DNA of 42,559 nucleotides from Vulcanimicrobiota bacterium (GTDB taxonomy: Bacteria > Vulcanimicrobiota > Vulcanimicrobiia > Vulcanimicrobiales > Vulcanimicrobiaceae), in the NCBI GenBank assembly GCA_030043675.1, contig JASHXG010000009.1, positions 1 through 42,559 on the forward strand, in the 5' to 3' direction. Below are positions 1 through 9,419 of this stretch, piece after piece. The notes under the pieces were generated by a model. It had not been told where the DNA came from. It ran no database searches and was given only the letters and a program-made list of their open reading frames with translations. Both the position numbers and the translations under genes were made by a program. How positions within the stretch are numbered: position 1 is the stretch's first letter; each line of letters begins with the position of its first letter.

Positions 1-19
1 CCGCTGCGGATGGAAATAA

Positions 20-982
20 CTACTTCTGCGGCGGCGTGCTGATCGTTACCGAGAACGGCTCTTCGACGGTCACCGTTTTGAGCACCGTGCCTCCCTGCGG
101 GTATTTCCAAACTCCAACAAAAGCGCGCGCGTCGTCAGCTCCAACGATCCTATCTCGATCTATCCAGGTGCTGTAGATTCCATTTCCGTACGGGCTCAGG
201 GTGGTCGATCCGACAACTTGCGCGCCCGACGCCGTGATCTTCAAGCGATAGAGCACGCCGGCGGCTTCGTCGTACATCGTCATATGCTTTCCATCCCATT
301 GAACGCTGCCTGGACCTCGCATGCCTTCGCTCAGTTGAAGATTGGTAAACGCCTTGCCGCCTTTGGGAAGTTCCGTCAGGACGGCGCCGCTCATGGACTT
401 GTTATATCCGTCGGCGAAGAGGTCGCCTTTGTTGTCGTAACCGTAGAATGTCGGGTTGTTGATATAGGAATTCTCGTACAGCGACGGAGTTCCCGAGGCG
501 TTTGCATAGATCGCTGCGTACTGGCTGTCGCTCATGTCGACGTCCACCGCGAGATTCCCCGTGGTAGGATCCGCAGCGCACGTATAAGGAGCCGTGGCCG
601 GCGAGCTGCTTAGCGTCGCGATAGGGCGCGACCCACCGTGCGCGTACTCGAGCGTCTCGTTTTCACCGATGAGCGGTACGAAGACGTCACCGTTGTCGTC
701 CGAGCATAGCCCGACGGGCTGATCAAAGTCCGATCCCGCCAGGACGCCGACCAGTCCCAGCTTCGGATAGGATAAGACGTACACGGCGCTCGTCCACAGC
801 GACGAGACGTAGAGCAGCGACCCCTGCTTAGCACCGGCGAGCATCCACGAACGCGCCGGCTTCGTGACGTTGTGCTCCGGGAGGGCCTGACCCAAGCCGC
901 TCTGAGTGGTCGGCGAGAGCGGCGAGCCGCAACCGGCAAGCGCGACGCACAAGGCCGCGGCCGGCAATGTCAGCCGCCTCAC
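20..982 (-). CDS. Lipoprotein of unknown function, predicted beta-propeller (family P, copy 1)
   Basis: Track ORF 20..1066. An in-frame GTG at 982..980 overlaps the TGA of the upstream paralogue (GTGA) and gives the signal peptide VRRLTLPAAALCVALAGC with a lipobox. It shares LEYAHGG..PIATL, CSD..GDVF, DPTTGNLAV, YGYD..GDLF, VQWDG and WKYPQGG blocks with 979..1968, 7260..8249 and 22245..23234. Confidence 0.8.
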   Translation of the reverse strand: MRRLTLPAAALCVALAGCGSPLSPTTQSGLGQALPEHNVTKPARSWMLAGAKQGSLLYVSSLWTSAVYVLSYPKLGLVGVLAGSDFDQPVGLCSDDNGDVFVPLIGENETLEYAHGGSRPIATLSSSPATAPYTCAADPTTGNLAVDVDMSDSQYAAIYANASGTPSLYENSYINNPTFYGYDNKGDLFADGYNKSMSGAVLTELPKGGKAFTNLQLSEGMRGPGSVQWDGKHMTMYDEAAGVLYRLKITASGAQVVGSTTLSPYGNGIYSTWIDRDRIVGADDARAFVGVWKYPQGGTVLKTVTVEEPFSVTISTPPQK

Positions 983-1968
983 TTGGGCCTCACGCTGACG
1001 GTCACGCCCCAGGGTGAGGCGACGGTGACGCCACCAATGGCGCGGCCGCCGGCCGGATACTTCCAAAGATCGGTGTGAACCGAATAGTAGCTCGGCGCCG
1101 CCACGTCATTTCCCTGAATCCAAAACTGCAAGACGCGGTCGGAGCCGCGTAGCTTCGTCTTCCCGCTCACCTTGCCGCCGGCGCCGTTCGTTCGATAGAT
1201 GATTCCGGATGCCGAATCTCCGACCGCCAGGGATTTGCCGTCCCACTGCACGCCGCCGGGAAGTTTGATGGGCGCATGGATCGTGACGTCGCTGAATGCC
1301 GAGCCGCCCTTCGGTAGCTCGGCAAACACATACTTTCCGCCGGCCACGCCCGTAAACGTGGTCAGCCCCGCGACAAACAGGTTACTATGATCGTCGTAAC
1401 CACATTCGTACGGCAGGTACATGTTCGGGATCGAGTACGTCTGCGGACTTCCGCTCGCGTTCTTGTAGATCGCTATGCTCCCGGCTTCACCGCCGTTCGT
1501 CGTAACGTTGTCGACGGCCAGATCGCCGGTCGCCGGATCGACCGCGCAGGCTTCGGCGGATTGGCCCGTTTCGTACAGTGTTGCAATCGGCGTCGTGCCG
1601 CCGTGCGCGTATTCGAGGATGTCCGACTGCTCGGCGTTCGGAATGAAAACGTCACCGCGCTTATCGGAGCAGAGGCTGAGTGGAAGGAAATCCGTACCGC
1701 TGAGTTCGCCCTCGCGTTTGCCGCCGGGATAAGAGAAGACGTCGACTTCCCAGTTCATCTCGGAGGAAACATACATGAGGTCGCCCTTTGTCGCATCCGG
1801 CGCCATCCACGACGGCGTCACTGGCCTCGGCACGCGTGCCATCACGCCTGGCACGGCAATCGGCCGCTGCATGTCATCCTGCGTCTGTGAAGGAACTGCG
1901 CACCCCGCGAGCAGGACTGCGGCCGCGCCGGACGCGAGCGCGAAGCGGCTGATATGCCCAACTACCAT
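979..1968 (-). CDS. Lipoprotein of unknown function, predicted beta-propeller (family P, copy 2)
   Basis: Track ORF 979..2262. The internal ATG at 1968..1966 is preceded by GGAGG about 7 nt upstream and gives MVVGHISRFALASGAAAVLLAGC (lipobox), 329 aa. It has the same conserved blocks as the other family P copies. Confidence 0.8.
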   Translation of the reverse strand: MVVGHISRFALASGAAAVLLAGCAVPSQTQDDMQRPIAVPGVMARVPRPVTPSWMAPDATKGDLMYVSSEMNWEVDVFSYPGGKREGELSGTDFLPLSLCSDKRGDVFIPNAEQSDILEYAHGGTTPIATLYETGQSAEACAVDPATGDLAVDNVTTNGGEAGSIAIYKNASGSPQTYSIPNMYLPYECGYDDHSNLFVAGLTTFTGVAGGKYVFAELPKGGSAFSDVTIHAPIKLPGGVQWDGKSLAVGDSASGIIYRTNGAGGKVSGKTKLRGSDRVLQFWIQGNDVAAPSYYSVHTDLWKYPAGGRAIGGVTVASPWGVTVSVRPK

Positions 1969-2193
1969 GTGCGACGCCTCCCCCGAGAGCGGATCGGATC
2001 GGAGGTTAGGCTGCTTCGGCAACCTTGTCGGGACACCATTGCGCTGGGGTGGCGGCGGGGCTTTTTCTTTCATGGGTTCGGCGGGGCGGGAGAGGCTACG
2101 ACGCGGTAAGCCCTGGTAAGGCGGCGAAAGGTACAAGCCGCAGGGCACATTGTACACCACTCGTTCGGGAGCGTTACACATGAGGTTTGTACG

Positions 2194-2388
2194 GTGATTC
2201 GCGTCGGAGAACACGTAGTCGTGCGCGGCGAGGACGAGGAGGCGATCGTCACCGCGGTGCATCCCGACTCACAAGTGGAGATCGAGTTTCTCGAGGCGTC
2301 GGGCGGTGGTCCGCGCCGGAAACGCTATGCCGCGGAGGCCCTTCAGGTCGTCGACCGTCATAGCCGGCGGCGCTCCCCGCCCACCTGA
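2194..2388 (+). CDS. Small hypothetical protein (64 aa)
   Basis: GTG start with GAGG 8 nt upstream. Third codon positions are strongly G/C-biased, like the neighbouring genes. I recognise no family. It overlaps the long N-terminal extension of the MFS ORF, so only one of the two 5' models can be right. Confidence 0.35.
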   Translation: MIRVGEHVVVRGEDEEAIVTAVHPDSQVEIEFLEASGGGPRRKRYAAEALQVVDRHSRRRSPPT

Positions 2389-3964
2389 AGCGCGTGGTGC
2401 CCTAACGCGCCTGGTGGGGGTGACCGCCGCGCCCAGCCGATCGTTCTTCCGAATCGAGCTTTTCCAAGACGTTAGTGTCGGCAGCGTCTTCGTGATGCTT
2501 GCCGCGCTGATCTCGCTTTTCGTCGATCAATCGTTCGGCAGCGTATTTCAGTCTATCCAGAATTACGCCGGCGGGAGTCTGGGCGCGAGCGCCGATGAAC
2601 TGCCCTGGACGTCGATCGGATTCAATACCTTCTATTGGGTCATGGTTTTGCTCACGCCCTGGCTCATCTACCGCTTCGGACGAAAGGCGGTCTTCGGCGT
2701 CGGGCACCTGACCTTCGGATTTCTCACGCTGCTGCTCGCGATCACGACGTCGTTGAGTGCCTTTAACGTCGGCCGGTGCTTCCAAGGAATGGCGCAAGGA
2801 ACGTTTTTCGTGTGCGCCGTGGCAACCGTGTTAACGCTCTTTCCGGCGAGGCTGCGCGGCATAGCGTTCTCGTTGTTTTCGGTGGTCTCGCTCTCAGGCG
2901 TCGCGGCCGGACCGTTTATCGGCGGCTGGTTTCTCGATCATGCTCACTGGCGCGATGTGTTCGTGCTATATGCGTTGCTGGCCGTTTTCGCAGGGAGCGT
3001 CATCTTCGCGCTGCTTGAAGCGCCGGGGCGCCAATGGACGGGACGCTTCGACATCCCGGGCATCGCGTTCGCATTACTCGCCTTCTTCTGCTTCGAATAT
3101 GCTTCATCGTTCGGTGAACGCAGGGATTGGCTCCCTAGCCCGGACATCGTGTGGAGCTGCCTGCTTTCGGCGGTCGGCTTTGCGGGATTCATCTGGCGCG
3201 AGCTCTGCGAGGATCGATGCGGTTTCATCCAGTTGCGTTTGTTCAATATCCGAAATCTCGCGGTCGGAAGCATCCTCGGGTTTGGCCTGGGCGTGCCGCT
3301 CTACGGCGCAAATCTCTTCCTGCAGTACGCGCTAACAAGCCTCGCCTTTCCGCCTTCGACGGCGGGTGCGCTCCTGACGCTGCGCATCCCCGCAATTTTG
3401 ATCGTGGCCCCGCTGGTCGTGATGCTTGTGAATTCCGACCGGCTCGACGTGCGGGTTCCGGTGACGATCGGCTTCCTCCTCGTGCCGCTCTCGTATGCGT
3501 TACTCGCGGTACAAACGACATCTGGATCGGAGTTCACGACGTTTGTGTTCGCACTGATTATTTCCGGCGCAGCATTTGCATGTCTCTTCTCGCCGATCGC
3601 AAACGTGCTGGTCCGCTCCCTTCCGACGGACGTGCGCGCCGAGGGCATCGCGATCTTTAAGATGGTATTGTTACTCGGCGGCTCGGTGGCTTCTACCGGC
3701 CTGGGCGTGATCTTCGATCACAGTGCCGCGTGGTTCCAATCGCTGCTCGCGGGCGACGCTACGTTGCGACGCCTGGTGCCACTTGGTTTCGTGCCGCCGG
3801 TGCTGACGTTAGCGTCCCTCGTCCAGCAGGAGGCCGCCGTCCTGGCCTATGCGGACAACTCGAAAGTCGTCGCTCTGCTCTCGCTCCTCAACCTGCCGCT
3901 CATTTTCTTGCTGAGAAAGCCCGGGGTCGCCGCAGTCAGTCCGTCGCCGGAAGCAAAGAAGTGA
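2306..3964 (+). CDS. MFS transporter, probably DHA2/EmrB-like drug:H+ antiporter type
   Basis: 552-aa hydrophobic ORF. It has an MFS motif-A-like LIYRFGRKAVF after TM2 and GxxxGP-type helices (GVAAGPFIGGW). The start is uncertain because in-frame GTGs at 2414 and 2420 lie just before the first TM segment. Confidence 0.75.
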   Translation: MVRAGNAMPRRPFRSSTVIAGGAPRPPEARGALTRLVGVTAAPSRSFFRIELFQDVSVGSVFVMLAALISLFVDQSFGSVFQSIQNYAGGSLGASADELPWTSIGFNTFYWVMVLLTPWLIYRFGRKAVFGVGHLTFGFLTLLLAITTSLSAFNVGRCFQGMAQGTFFVCAVATVLTLFPARLRGIAFSLFSVVSLSGVAAGPFIGGWFLDHAHWRDVFVLYALLAVFAGSVIFALLEAPGRQWTGRFDIPGIAFALLAFFCFEYASSFGERRDWLPSPDIVWSCLLSAVGFAGFIWRELCEDRCGFIQLRLFNIRNLAVGSILGFGLGVPLYGANLFLQYALTSLAFPPSTAGALLTLRIPAILIVAPLVVMLVNSDRLDVRVPVTIGFLLVPLSYALLAVQTTSGSEFTTFVFALIISGAAFACLFSPIANVLVRSLPTDVRAEGIAIFKMVLLLGGSVASTGLGVIFDHSAAWFQSLLAGDATLRRLVPLGFVPPVLTLASLVQQEAAVLAYADNSKVVALLSLLNLPLIFLLRKPGVAAVSPSPEAKK

Positions 3965-3966
3965 CG

Positions 3967-5628
3967 TCAATAACCGAGTGCGGCACCATCGCCGCGCGGA
4001 TCGGCGCCGCCTTCAAAGAATCCTTGTTCCCGATCGACGCGGATCGCGGATGCGTGCCCCATATTGTCGTTCCAATCGGTGACCATCGCGACCGGCTGCC
4101 CGCGTTGCTTCAGCTCCCGCACGACTTCATCGGAGATGCGCCCTTCGAGCGAGAGATTGCGTGTGCGGGTCCCCCACGTGCGTCCCAACAGCCAGCGCGG
4201 CGCCTCGATCGCTTGCTGCACGTCATAGCCGAAATCGACGATGCGCGTAACCAGCGCAGCCTGTGACTGCGGCTGACCCTCGCCGCCCATCGATCCGAAC
4301 GCGAGATACGGCTGACCGTCGCGCTCGAGGAGTGCTGGAATCAACGTATGGAACGTGCGTTTGCCCGGCTCTAAGCGATTGGGATGCCGATCGTCCAGCG
4401 CAAAGAAGGCGCCGCGATTTTGCAAGATGATGCCCGTGTCACCGCCCACCACCGCGCTACCAAAGTCGTGATAAATGGACTGGATCAGCGACACGATCAT
4501 CCCATTCCGGTCGGCGGCACACAAGTAACACGTATCGCCGTCGGGTGCCAGTCGCTCGTGCGGTTGCGCATAGGGGATGCCCGCGGGCACCTCGGCGATG
4601 TCGAGCGCTCGATCGGAGTCGATCAAACGACGTCGTTCGTCAGCATATGCTTTGCTGATGAGCCGCTCGACCGGAATATTGACGAAATCCGGATCGGTCA
4701 GCCACTCGTCTCGATCCGCAAACGCAACCTTAACGGCCTCGGTCATATGATGATAATAGTCTGCCGTGCCGTCTCCCCAGCGCTTGACGTCGTAACCTTC
4801 AATGAGATTGAGAATCTGCAGCGCCGTAAAACCCTGCGTATTGGGCGGCAGCTCGTACAGTTCATAACCGCGATAGGTCGTTTTGATCGGCTCGACCCAT
4901 TGCGCATGGAAAGCGGCGAAGTCATCGGGCGCCAGCGGAGAGCCCTGCGGCTGCAAGGCGGCACAAATACGTTCGGCGATTGGACCTTCATAGAAGCTTT
5001 TGCGCGCGCCCAGGTCGGCGATCTCCTGAAACGAACGCGCGAGATCGCGTTGCACCAACCGTTGGCCAGCGCGCGGAACACGCTTGCCGGGCAGAAATAT
5101 GGCTGCCGTGGCCGGATAAGTTGCCAGAATCGGTTCATCCTGCGCCAGCCAATCGGCTAACGAACGGCTGACCGGCATTCCGTCCCGCGCATAGTCGATC
5201 GCGGCGTCGAACAGTGCGTTCCAGTCGAGCCGGCCGAACCGTTCGTGCGCCAAACGCCAGCCATCGACTGTGCCCGGCACGGTCAAGACGCTAAGCGGGC
5301 CGCTCGTGGGAATTCCGTCACCCTTGCTCCGTGGACGATAGTAATCGACCGTTGCCGCGCGCGCAGCAGGTCCACTCGCGTTGAGTCCGTGCACGCGGCC
5401 TTCCGCAGCCTGCGCAATCAACCAGAAGCCGTCGCCACCCAATCCGGCCATATGCGGGTAGACGACGCACAACACGGCATTCGCGGCAATCGCGGCGTCA
5501 ACGGCACTGCCGCCTCTCTGCAATACGTTCAGCCCGGCTGCACTCGCGAGATAGTGCGGCGTCGCCACCACTCCATGCGGCGCATAGGCAGGAGGACGGC
5601 CGGTACGAGGACCCTTGGAATTACTCAT
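3967..5628 (-). CDS. ggt: Gamma-glutamyltransferase (Ntn-hydrolase family)
   Basis: 553 aa. N-terminal GVVATPHYLASAAGLNVLQRGGSAVDAAIA, an autoprocessing/nucleophile region GDTCYLCAADRNGMIVSL, and C-terminal GSMGGEGQPQ are typical of GGT. Confidence 0.9.
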   Translation of the reverse strand: MSNSKGPRTGRPPAYAPHGVVATPHYLASAAGLNVLQRGGSAVDAAIAANAVLCVVYPHMAGLGGDGFWLIAQAAEGRVHGLNASGPAARAATVDYYRPRSKGDGIPTSGPLSVLTVPGTVDGWRLAHERFGRLDWNALFDAAIDYARDGMPVSRSLADWLAQDEPILATYPATAAIFLPGKRVPRAGQRLVQRDLARSFQEIADLGARKSFYEGPIAERICAALQPQGSPLAPDDFAAFHAQWVEPIKTTYRGYELYELPPNTQGFTALQILNLIEGYDVKRWGDGTADYYHHMTEAVKVAFADRDEWLTDPDFVNIPVERLISKAYADERRRLIDSDRALDIAEVPAGIPYAQPHERLAPDGDTCYLCAADRNGMIVSLIQSIYHDFGSAVVGGDTGIILQNRGAFFALDDRHPNRLEPGKRTFHTLIPALLERDGQPYLAFGSMGGEGQPQSQAALVTRIVDFGYDVQQAIEAPRWLLGRTWGTRTRNLSLEGRISDEVVRELKQRGQPVAMVTDWNDNMGHASAIRVDREQGFFEGGADPRGDGAALGY

Positions 5629-5723
5629 GCATCACTCAAAGGCGAACGGCAGCGATTGATGCCGGTAGGACCTTACCCATAAAGAGAGACTTCCTCGTGC
5701 TGCAGCTCGGCTGGTAACAGCCG

Positions 5724-7076
5724 TCACTCGGTATCGACGGGATCGTTCGAGGGCGCTTCGGAGCGAAACAACCAGGCCGGATACGTCGTTTTCAGCGGCA
5801 CGAAGGCCCGCGGTTTTTGCGTGAAGTCGAAGCTGTCTACGAGACTGTTTGCTCGCGTGTCGGTGTAGCCCGCTCGTGTGGGTCCCAGCGGCGGAAGATC
5901 GAAGGCTTGCTCGATGAACTTCAGGATGCTGCCGTACTCGTATTGGGTGTGCGAAACATAACCGTGCTTCGCGTAAGGCGAGACGATCAGACACGGAACG
6001 CGGATTCCTAATCCGCGAAAGTCGAGTTGCGGCGGCGGCGCGTTGTCGTACCATCCGCCCCAGTCATCCCACAAGATGATAATCGCGCTATCTTTCCAGT
6101 AGCGGCTCTCACCGACGGCGTTGACCACCGCGGCAACCCACGAAGGACCCAACGGGCTACGCCAGCCGGGGTGATCGGAGTCCTGCCCACTCGGCGTGAC
6201 CCACGTCACCGACGCGAGCTTGCCGCGGCCGGGATCGGTCAAGATCCTGGTCTGCGGTACGATGATGTCCTTGTTCCAGTCAGGACCGTCGCGGACGTAT
6301 TTGATCGCTTCGAACGGCTCCCAAAAACCGGCGTCGAGCAGCTTGGTCGCATAGAACTTCCACGAGACGTGCGCGTCATCGAGCGTCTCGGCTATAGTCC
6401 TGAACTGCGTGAAGCAGGGGAAAGGACCGGTGAAGTAGCTGACGTGCCGGAGTTCGTCCACGGTCGAACTCTTGGTGCCTGAAGGCGAATCGCAATCGTC
6501 GGGCGCGCCATCCGTAAAATTGACCTCGGCCTTCTTGCGAGTGACGTTGTCGGTGCCCGCGACGAGCGTCAAATGCGCGGTGAAACTTGGGCCGAACTCG
6601 GTCGGGAACATATGATCGGCGAGCACGTACTGGCGCGCCATCGTCCAGTAAGGCGCGATCAGCGAGCGCCTGACGTAGGCGTAAGCTTGGTACTTTCCAC
6701 GATCGGACGAGTCCGAGAATCGGTAGAACCCGTCCATCTTGCCGTCATCCCAAGAGAGCACGGCCGGACGCCAATCGTGCGGCAGGTCCGGACCTATGAA
6801 CGAGATCTCGTGCAGCCGCACCGTCGTCCCATCGGCCGAACCGGACATCGGCGCATCCGCACCCGGATATCCGGCGAAGAAGTTTTCGAAACTGCGGTTT
6901 TCTTGAATGATGACGACGACGTGCTTGATATACTTGTTGACCGGATTTCCCGACGACGGCTCGAGCGCCGGCAGCGATGCGCTTTGCGCGTGGTTCGTCA
7001 GAGCGGAGTCGAAAGAACAACCCGCAAGAACGGACGTCAGCGCGAATAGCGCTATGGCGATAGCAAAATGCTTAAC
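5724..7076 (-). CDS. Phosphoesterase-family lipoprotein (phospholipase C / AcpA acid-phosphatase type), paralogue 1, with no canonical start codon
   Basis: The track ORF starts at ATG 6848, but the same frame stays open upstream. There it encodes KHFAIAIALFALTSVLAGC (lipobox) and NKYIKHVVVIIQENRSFENFF, which aligns with the N-termini of paralogues 17514..18854 and 24467..25816. No ATG/GTG/TTG lies in that stretch. GTT at 7076..7074 sits 8 nt after GGAGG (7089..7085). The C-terminal motifs WDDWGGWYDNAPPP and GIRVPCLIVSPYAKHGYVSH are shared with the paralogues. Confidence 0.8.
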   Translation of the reverse strand, partial: VKHFAIAIALFALTSVLAGCSFDSALTNHAQSASLPALEPSSGNPVNKYIKHVVVIIQENRSFENFFAGYPGADAPMSGSADGTTVRLHEISFIGPDLPHDWRPAVLSWDDGKMDGFYRFSDSSDRGKYQAYAYVRRSLIAPYWTMARQYVLADHMFPTEFGPSFTAHLTLVAGTDNVTRKKAEVNFTDGAPDDCDSPSGTKSSTVDELRHVSYFTGPFPCFTQFRTIAETLDDAHVSWKFYATKLLDAGFWEPFEAIKYVRDGPDWNKDIIVPQTRILTDPGRGKLASVTWVTPSGQDSDHPGWRSPLGPSWVAAVVNAVGESRYWKDSAIIILWDDWGGWYDNAPPPQLDFRGLGIRVPCLIVSPYAKHGYVSHTQYEYGSILKFIEQAFDLPPLGPTRAGYTDTRANSLVDSFDFTQKPRAFVPLKTTYPAWLFRSEAPSNDPVDTE

Positions 7077-7259
7077 GTTGGATACCTCCGCCGCACCGTA
7101 CAGCTTAGCACGGGCGAGACGCTGACGCCAGATCCGCCGCCGCGGCGTATGTGGTCATGGGCCCGCAAAACGGCTCAGTTTACGGGGCCTTTGCCTCACG
7201 AATTCTGCCCCGCTTCGCGGCATACTAGTAAGTCCAATCTTCTTGGGATGGGTAACGGC

Positions 7260-8249
7260 ATGGCTTTGCAGTCGGCTCGAGTTCTTGCATTTCTGGCCGG
7301 TACGTTAGTACTCGCCGCCTGCGGCGGCAATGATACGGGCGCTCTGATGCAGGCGAATCCGCCGCCGCCAATCGCAGCGCCGGGCGCGATCGCGCAAGTA
7401 CAAACGACCGGGGATGATCTGCTCTACCTAGGGGGCGTTCCCGCTGCCGGTGATGTGTCGACGTACACGTTCCCGCGTGGCAAGCTGGTCGGAGTGCTCA
7501 CCGGTCTTCCGGCGCCGTCGGGAATGTGTTCGGATCGAAACGGAAACGTATGGATCACGAACTACCAGAGCGGAGGACCAATTATTGAGTACGCGCACGG
7601 CGGAACGCAGCCGATCGCGACCCTGAACGCGCCCGCAAAATTAACTCCGCAAGATTGTTCGGTCGACCCAACGTCGGGCGACTTGGCCGTCGTTGGCTAC
7701 GGGGCCGGGCGGCATCAACAGCTCGTGGTATACGCCCCGTCAGGCTCCGCGAAAATATATCGAGCACCCTCCGTGTTCGAAACGACTTCGTTCTGCGGCT
7801 ACGACGACCGAGGCAATCTCTTCTTTGACGGCTATTCCACGAACGGGGTGACGGCCTTCAACGGATTGGGCGAGCTGCGCAACGGAGCGAAAAGCATCAA
7901 CATATTGGCCTTCTCACCCAAAGACCCGTCGTTCCCTTCCTCTTATCCTACGCCGGTTCACTGGGATGGTACGTATCTTGCGGTAGGAGCCATTTACGGG
8001 ATCGACCGGTACGAAGTAAGAAAGAACGTTGCTTTTCTAAAGGGCGAGGTTGGTTTCGACGACATAGGCACGGTTGTCGACAGCTGGATTCAGGGCGGCA
8101 AGGTCGTAGCTGTCGCCGGCTACCCCAACTTTGGCAGTGGTCCGCTGGTTCAAATCTACAAGTATCCTGCGGGCGGCTACCCGGTGACGGGAATCAGCGT
8201 CTCAAGCGCCTTTGGCGTGACGGTTAGTGTGGCTAGACACCGGCCTTGA
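7260..8249 (+). CDS. Lipoprotein of unknown function, predicted beta-propeller (family P, copy 3)
   Basis: Track ORF 7068..8249. An internal ATG at 7260 (alternative 7248) gives MALQSARVLAFLAGTLVLAAC with a lipobox, 329 aa. Family blocks present: CSDRNGNVWIT, IIEYAHGGTQPIATL, CSVDPTSGDLAV, CGYDDRGNLFF, VHWDG, YKYPAGG, GVTVSV. Confidence 0.8.
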   Translation: MALQSARVLAFLAGTLVLAACGGNDTGALMQANPPPPIAAPGAIAQVQTTGDDLLYLGGVPAAGDVSTYTFPRGKLVGVLTGLPAPSGMCSDRNGNVWITNYQSGGPIIEYAHGGTQPIATLNAPAKLTPQDCSVDPTSGDLAVVGYGAGRHQQLVVYAPSGSAKIYRAPSVFETTSFCGYDDRGNLFFDGYSTNGVTAFNGLGELRNGAKSINILAFSPKDPSFPSSYPTPVHWDGTYLAVGAIYGIDRYEVRKNVAFLKGEVGFDDIGTVVDSWIQGGKVVAVAGYPNFGSGPLVQIYKYPAGGYPVTGISVSSAFGVTVSVARHRP

Positions 8250-8263
8250 AAGGACGCCGCGCA

Positions 8264-8617
8264 TCACAGCGAGCCATCATCTGCGTCGATCTCGCTGAAG
8301 AACGTGTAGCCGCCAACGTGCTTCACGGCTGCGAACGTTCCGCGCACGGTGATCGTCTGGCCATCGTTGATGCTCGGGCTCCCAAAGGCGAAGACATGAA
8401 TGCACTGGCCCGAGCAGATCGAGAAAGTGACGTAGGAATTGCCTCGATGGGAGACCTTTCGCTCGAGTTGCTCGACCGTGCCGCTGACGGCGACGTGCCG
8501 GCCGTCGTAGCTCGACGGGCTGTTGAGAATCTGCACGACGGTTGCGGCTCCTGCCAGCGCCGGCAGCGCCGTGCAAAACCCGAATAGTGCTACGCTAAAG
8601 AGAAAGCGCCTAGCCAT
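8264..8617 (-). CDS. Secreted hypothetical protein (117 aa)
   Basis: ATG preceded by GGAGG 7 nt upstream. Signal peptide MARRFLFSVALFGFCTALPALAGA. Preferred over the antisense ORF 8246..8587, which has no signal peptide or SD. Confidence 0.65.
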   Translation of the reverse strand: MARRFLFSVALFGFCTALPALAGAATVVQILNSPSSYDGRHVAVSGTVEQLERKVSHRGNSYVTFSICSGQCIHVFAFGSPSINDGQTITVRGTFAAVKHVGGYTFFSEIDADDGSL

Positions 8618-8703
8618 ACGACCACCTCCGAAGCCCTAGCGAGCTTCTCGCCTGTATTACATCGGCCGTTGGCGGGGCAGAGTTTAGGAAGGGGGTCGGA
8701 ACG

Positions 8704-9060
8704 ATGAGGACACGGTGGCTAATCGCTTGCGCGATCGCAGCGGCGCTCGCATCGCCGGCGCGGGGTCAGAGTCCGCTCTTTACTAGCCCGAATAACGTCG
8801 TGCTGCCGCCGAAAACCGGGCAGTACGTTTGGGTGGCGGCGTCCCAAAAACTCGCTGCCGACCAAGCGGGAAGTGTCGAAGCCGACTGCCCCCGAGGCTA
8901 TGTCGTCATCAGCGGCGGCTACAACTTGCTCCCGCAAGGGCCCGCTCCCAGCGTTGTTGCGACGAGGCCGAACGGCAGGTCGAACGGCTGGATGGTAGTG
9001 CTCGCAGCGGGCCCCGCGGTGAGCGTCTCGGTCTACGCCGGGTGTGCCGCTCCCGACTAG
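8704..9060 (+). CDS. Secreted hypothetical protein (118 aa)
   Basis: G-rich SD (GGAAGGGGG) upstream of the ATG. Signal peptide MRTRWLIACAIAAALASPARG. The stop shares the palindrome CTAG with the convergent gene 9057..9419. Confidence 0.6.
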   Translation: MRTRWLIACAIAAALASPARGQSPLFTSPNNVVLPPKTGQYVWVAASQKLAADQAGSVEADCPRGYVVISGGYNLLPQGPAPSVVATRPNGRSNGWMVVLAAGPAVSVSVYAGCAAPD

Positions 9061-9419
9061 GAGCCTGTCGGGGAGCTTGGATCCAGCTGCAGGTCGTACT
9101 GCTGCGTCTGGTCGGCGAAGACCGAGTACCCCTCGAACGAGGCCGTATCGTACCCGTCCTTTTGGGCGGTGAATGTATAGTCGTCGGGCTGGAGCGAAAA
9201 GACCACGAAGTGTCCGTGGGCATCGGTCGTCACCTGGACCGCCTGCGAGGGAGACGTTATCTGGAGGCGGACGCCGGCGATCGGCGCTCCGGTCTTCGAG
9301 TCGCGAACCGTGCCGGCGATGTTTCCAAGGGTGCCGGCCGGCGCCCCGGCCGTCTGGCTCGCGAGTGCGGCGACCAGCGCGATGAGGCCGAGTGAGTTAT
9401 GCAAGAAAGATCGTTTCAT
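9057..9419 (-). CDS. Secreted carboxypeptidase-regulatory-like (CarboxypepD_reg) domain protein
   Basis: Signal peptide followed by GNIAGTVRDSKTGAPIAGVRLQITS...TDAHGHFVVFSLQPDDYTFTAQKDGY. This is the typical G.V.D..G.P..G..V...TD..G.F....L..G.Y pattern of that beta-sandwich domain. Confidence 0.7.
   Translation of the reverse strand: MKRSFLHNSLGLIALVAALASQTAGAPAGTLGNIAGTVRDSKTGAPIAGVRLQITSPSQAVQVTTDAHGHFVVFSLQPDDYTFTAQKDGYDTASFEGYSVFADQTQQYDLQLDPSSPTGS

Noticed and set aside
5708-5723. A hairpin CGGCTG-GTAA-CAGCCG directly after the stop of phosphoesterase 1, considered as a possible terminator before ggt.
   Set aside because: The stem is only 6 bp and is not followed by a U-tract on the transcribed (minus) strand. 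It is too weak to call.
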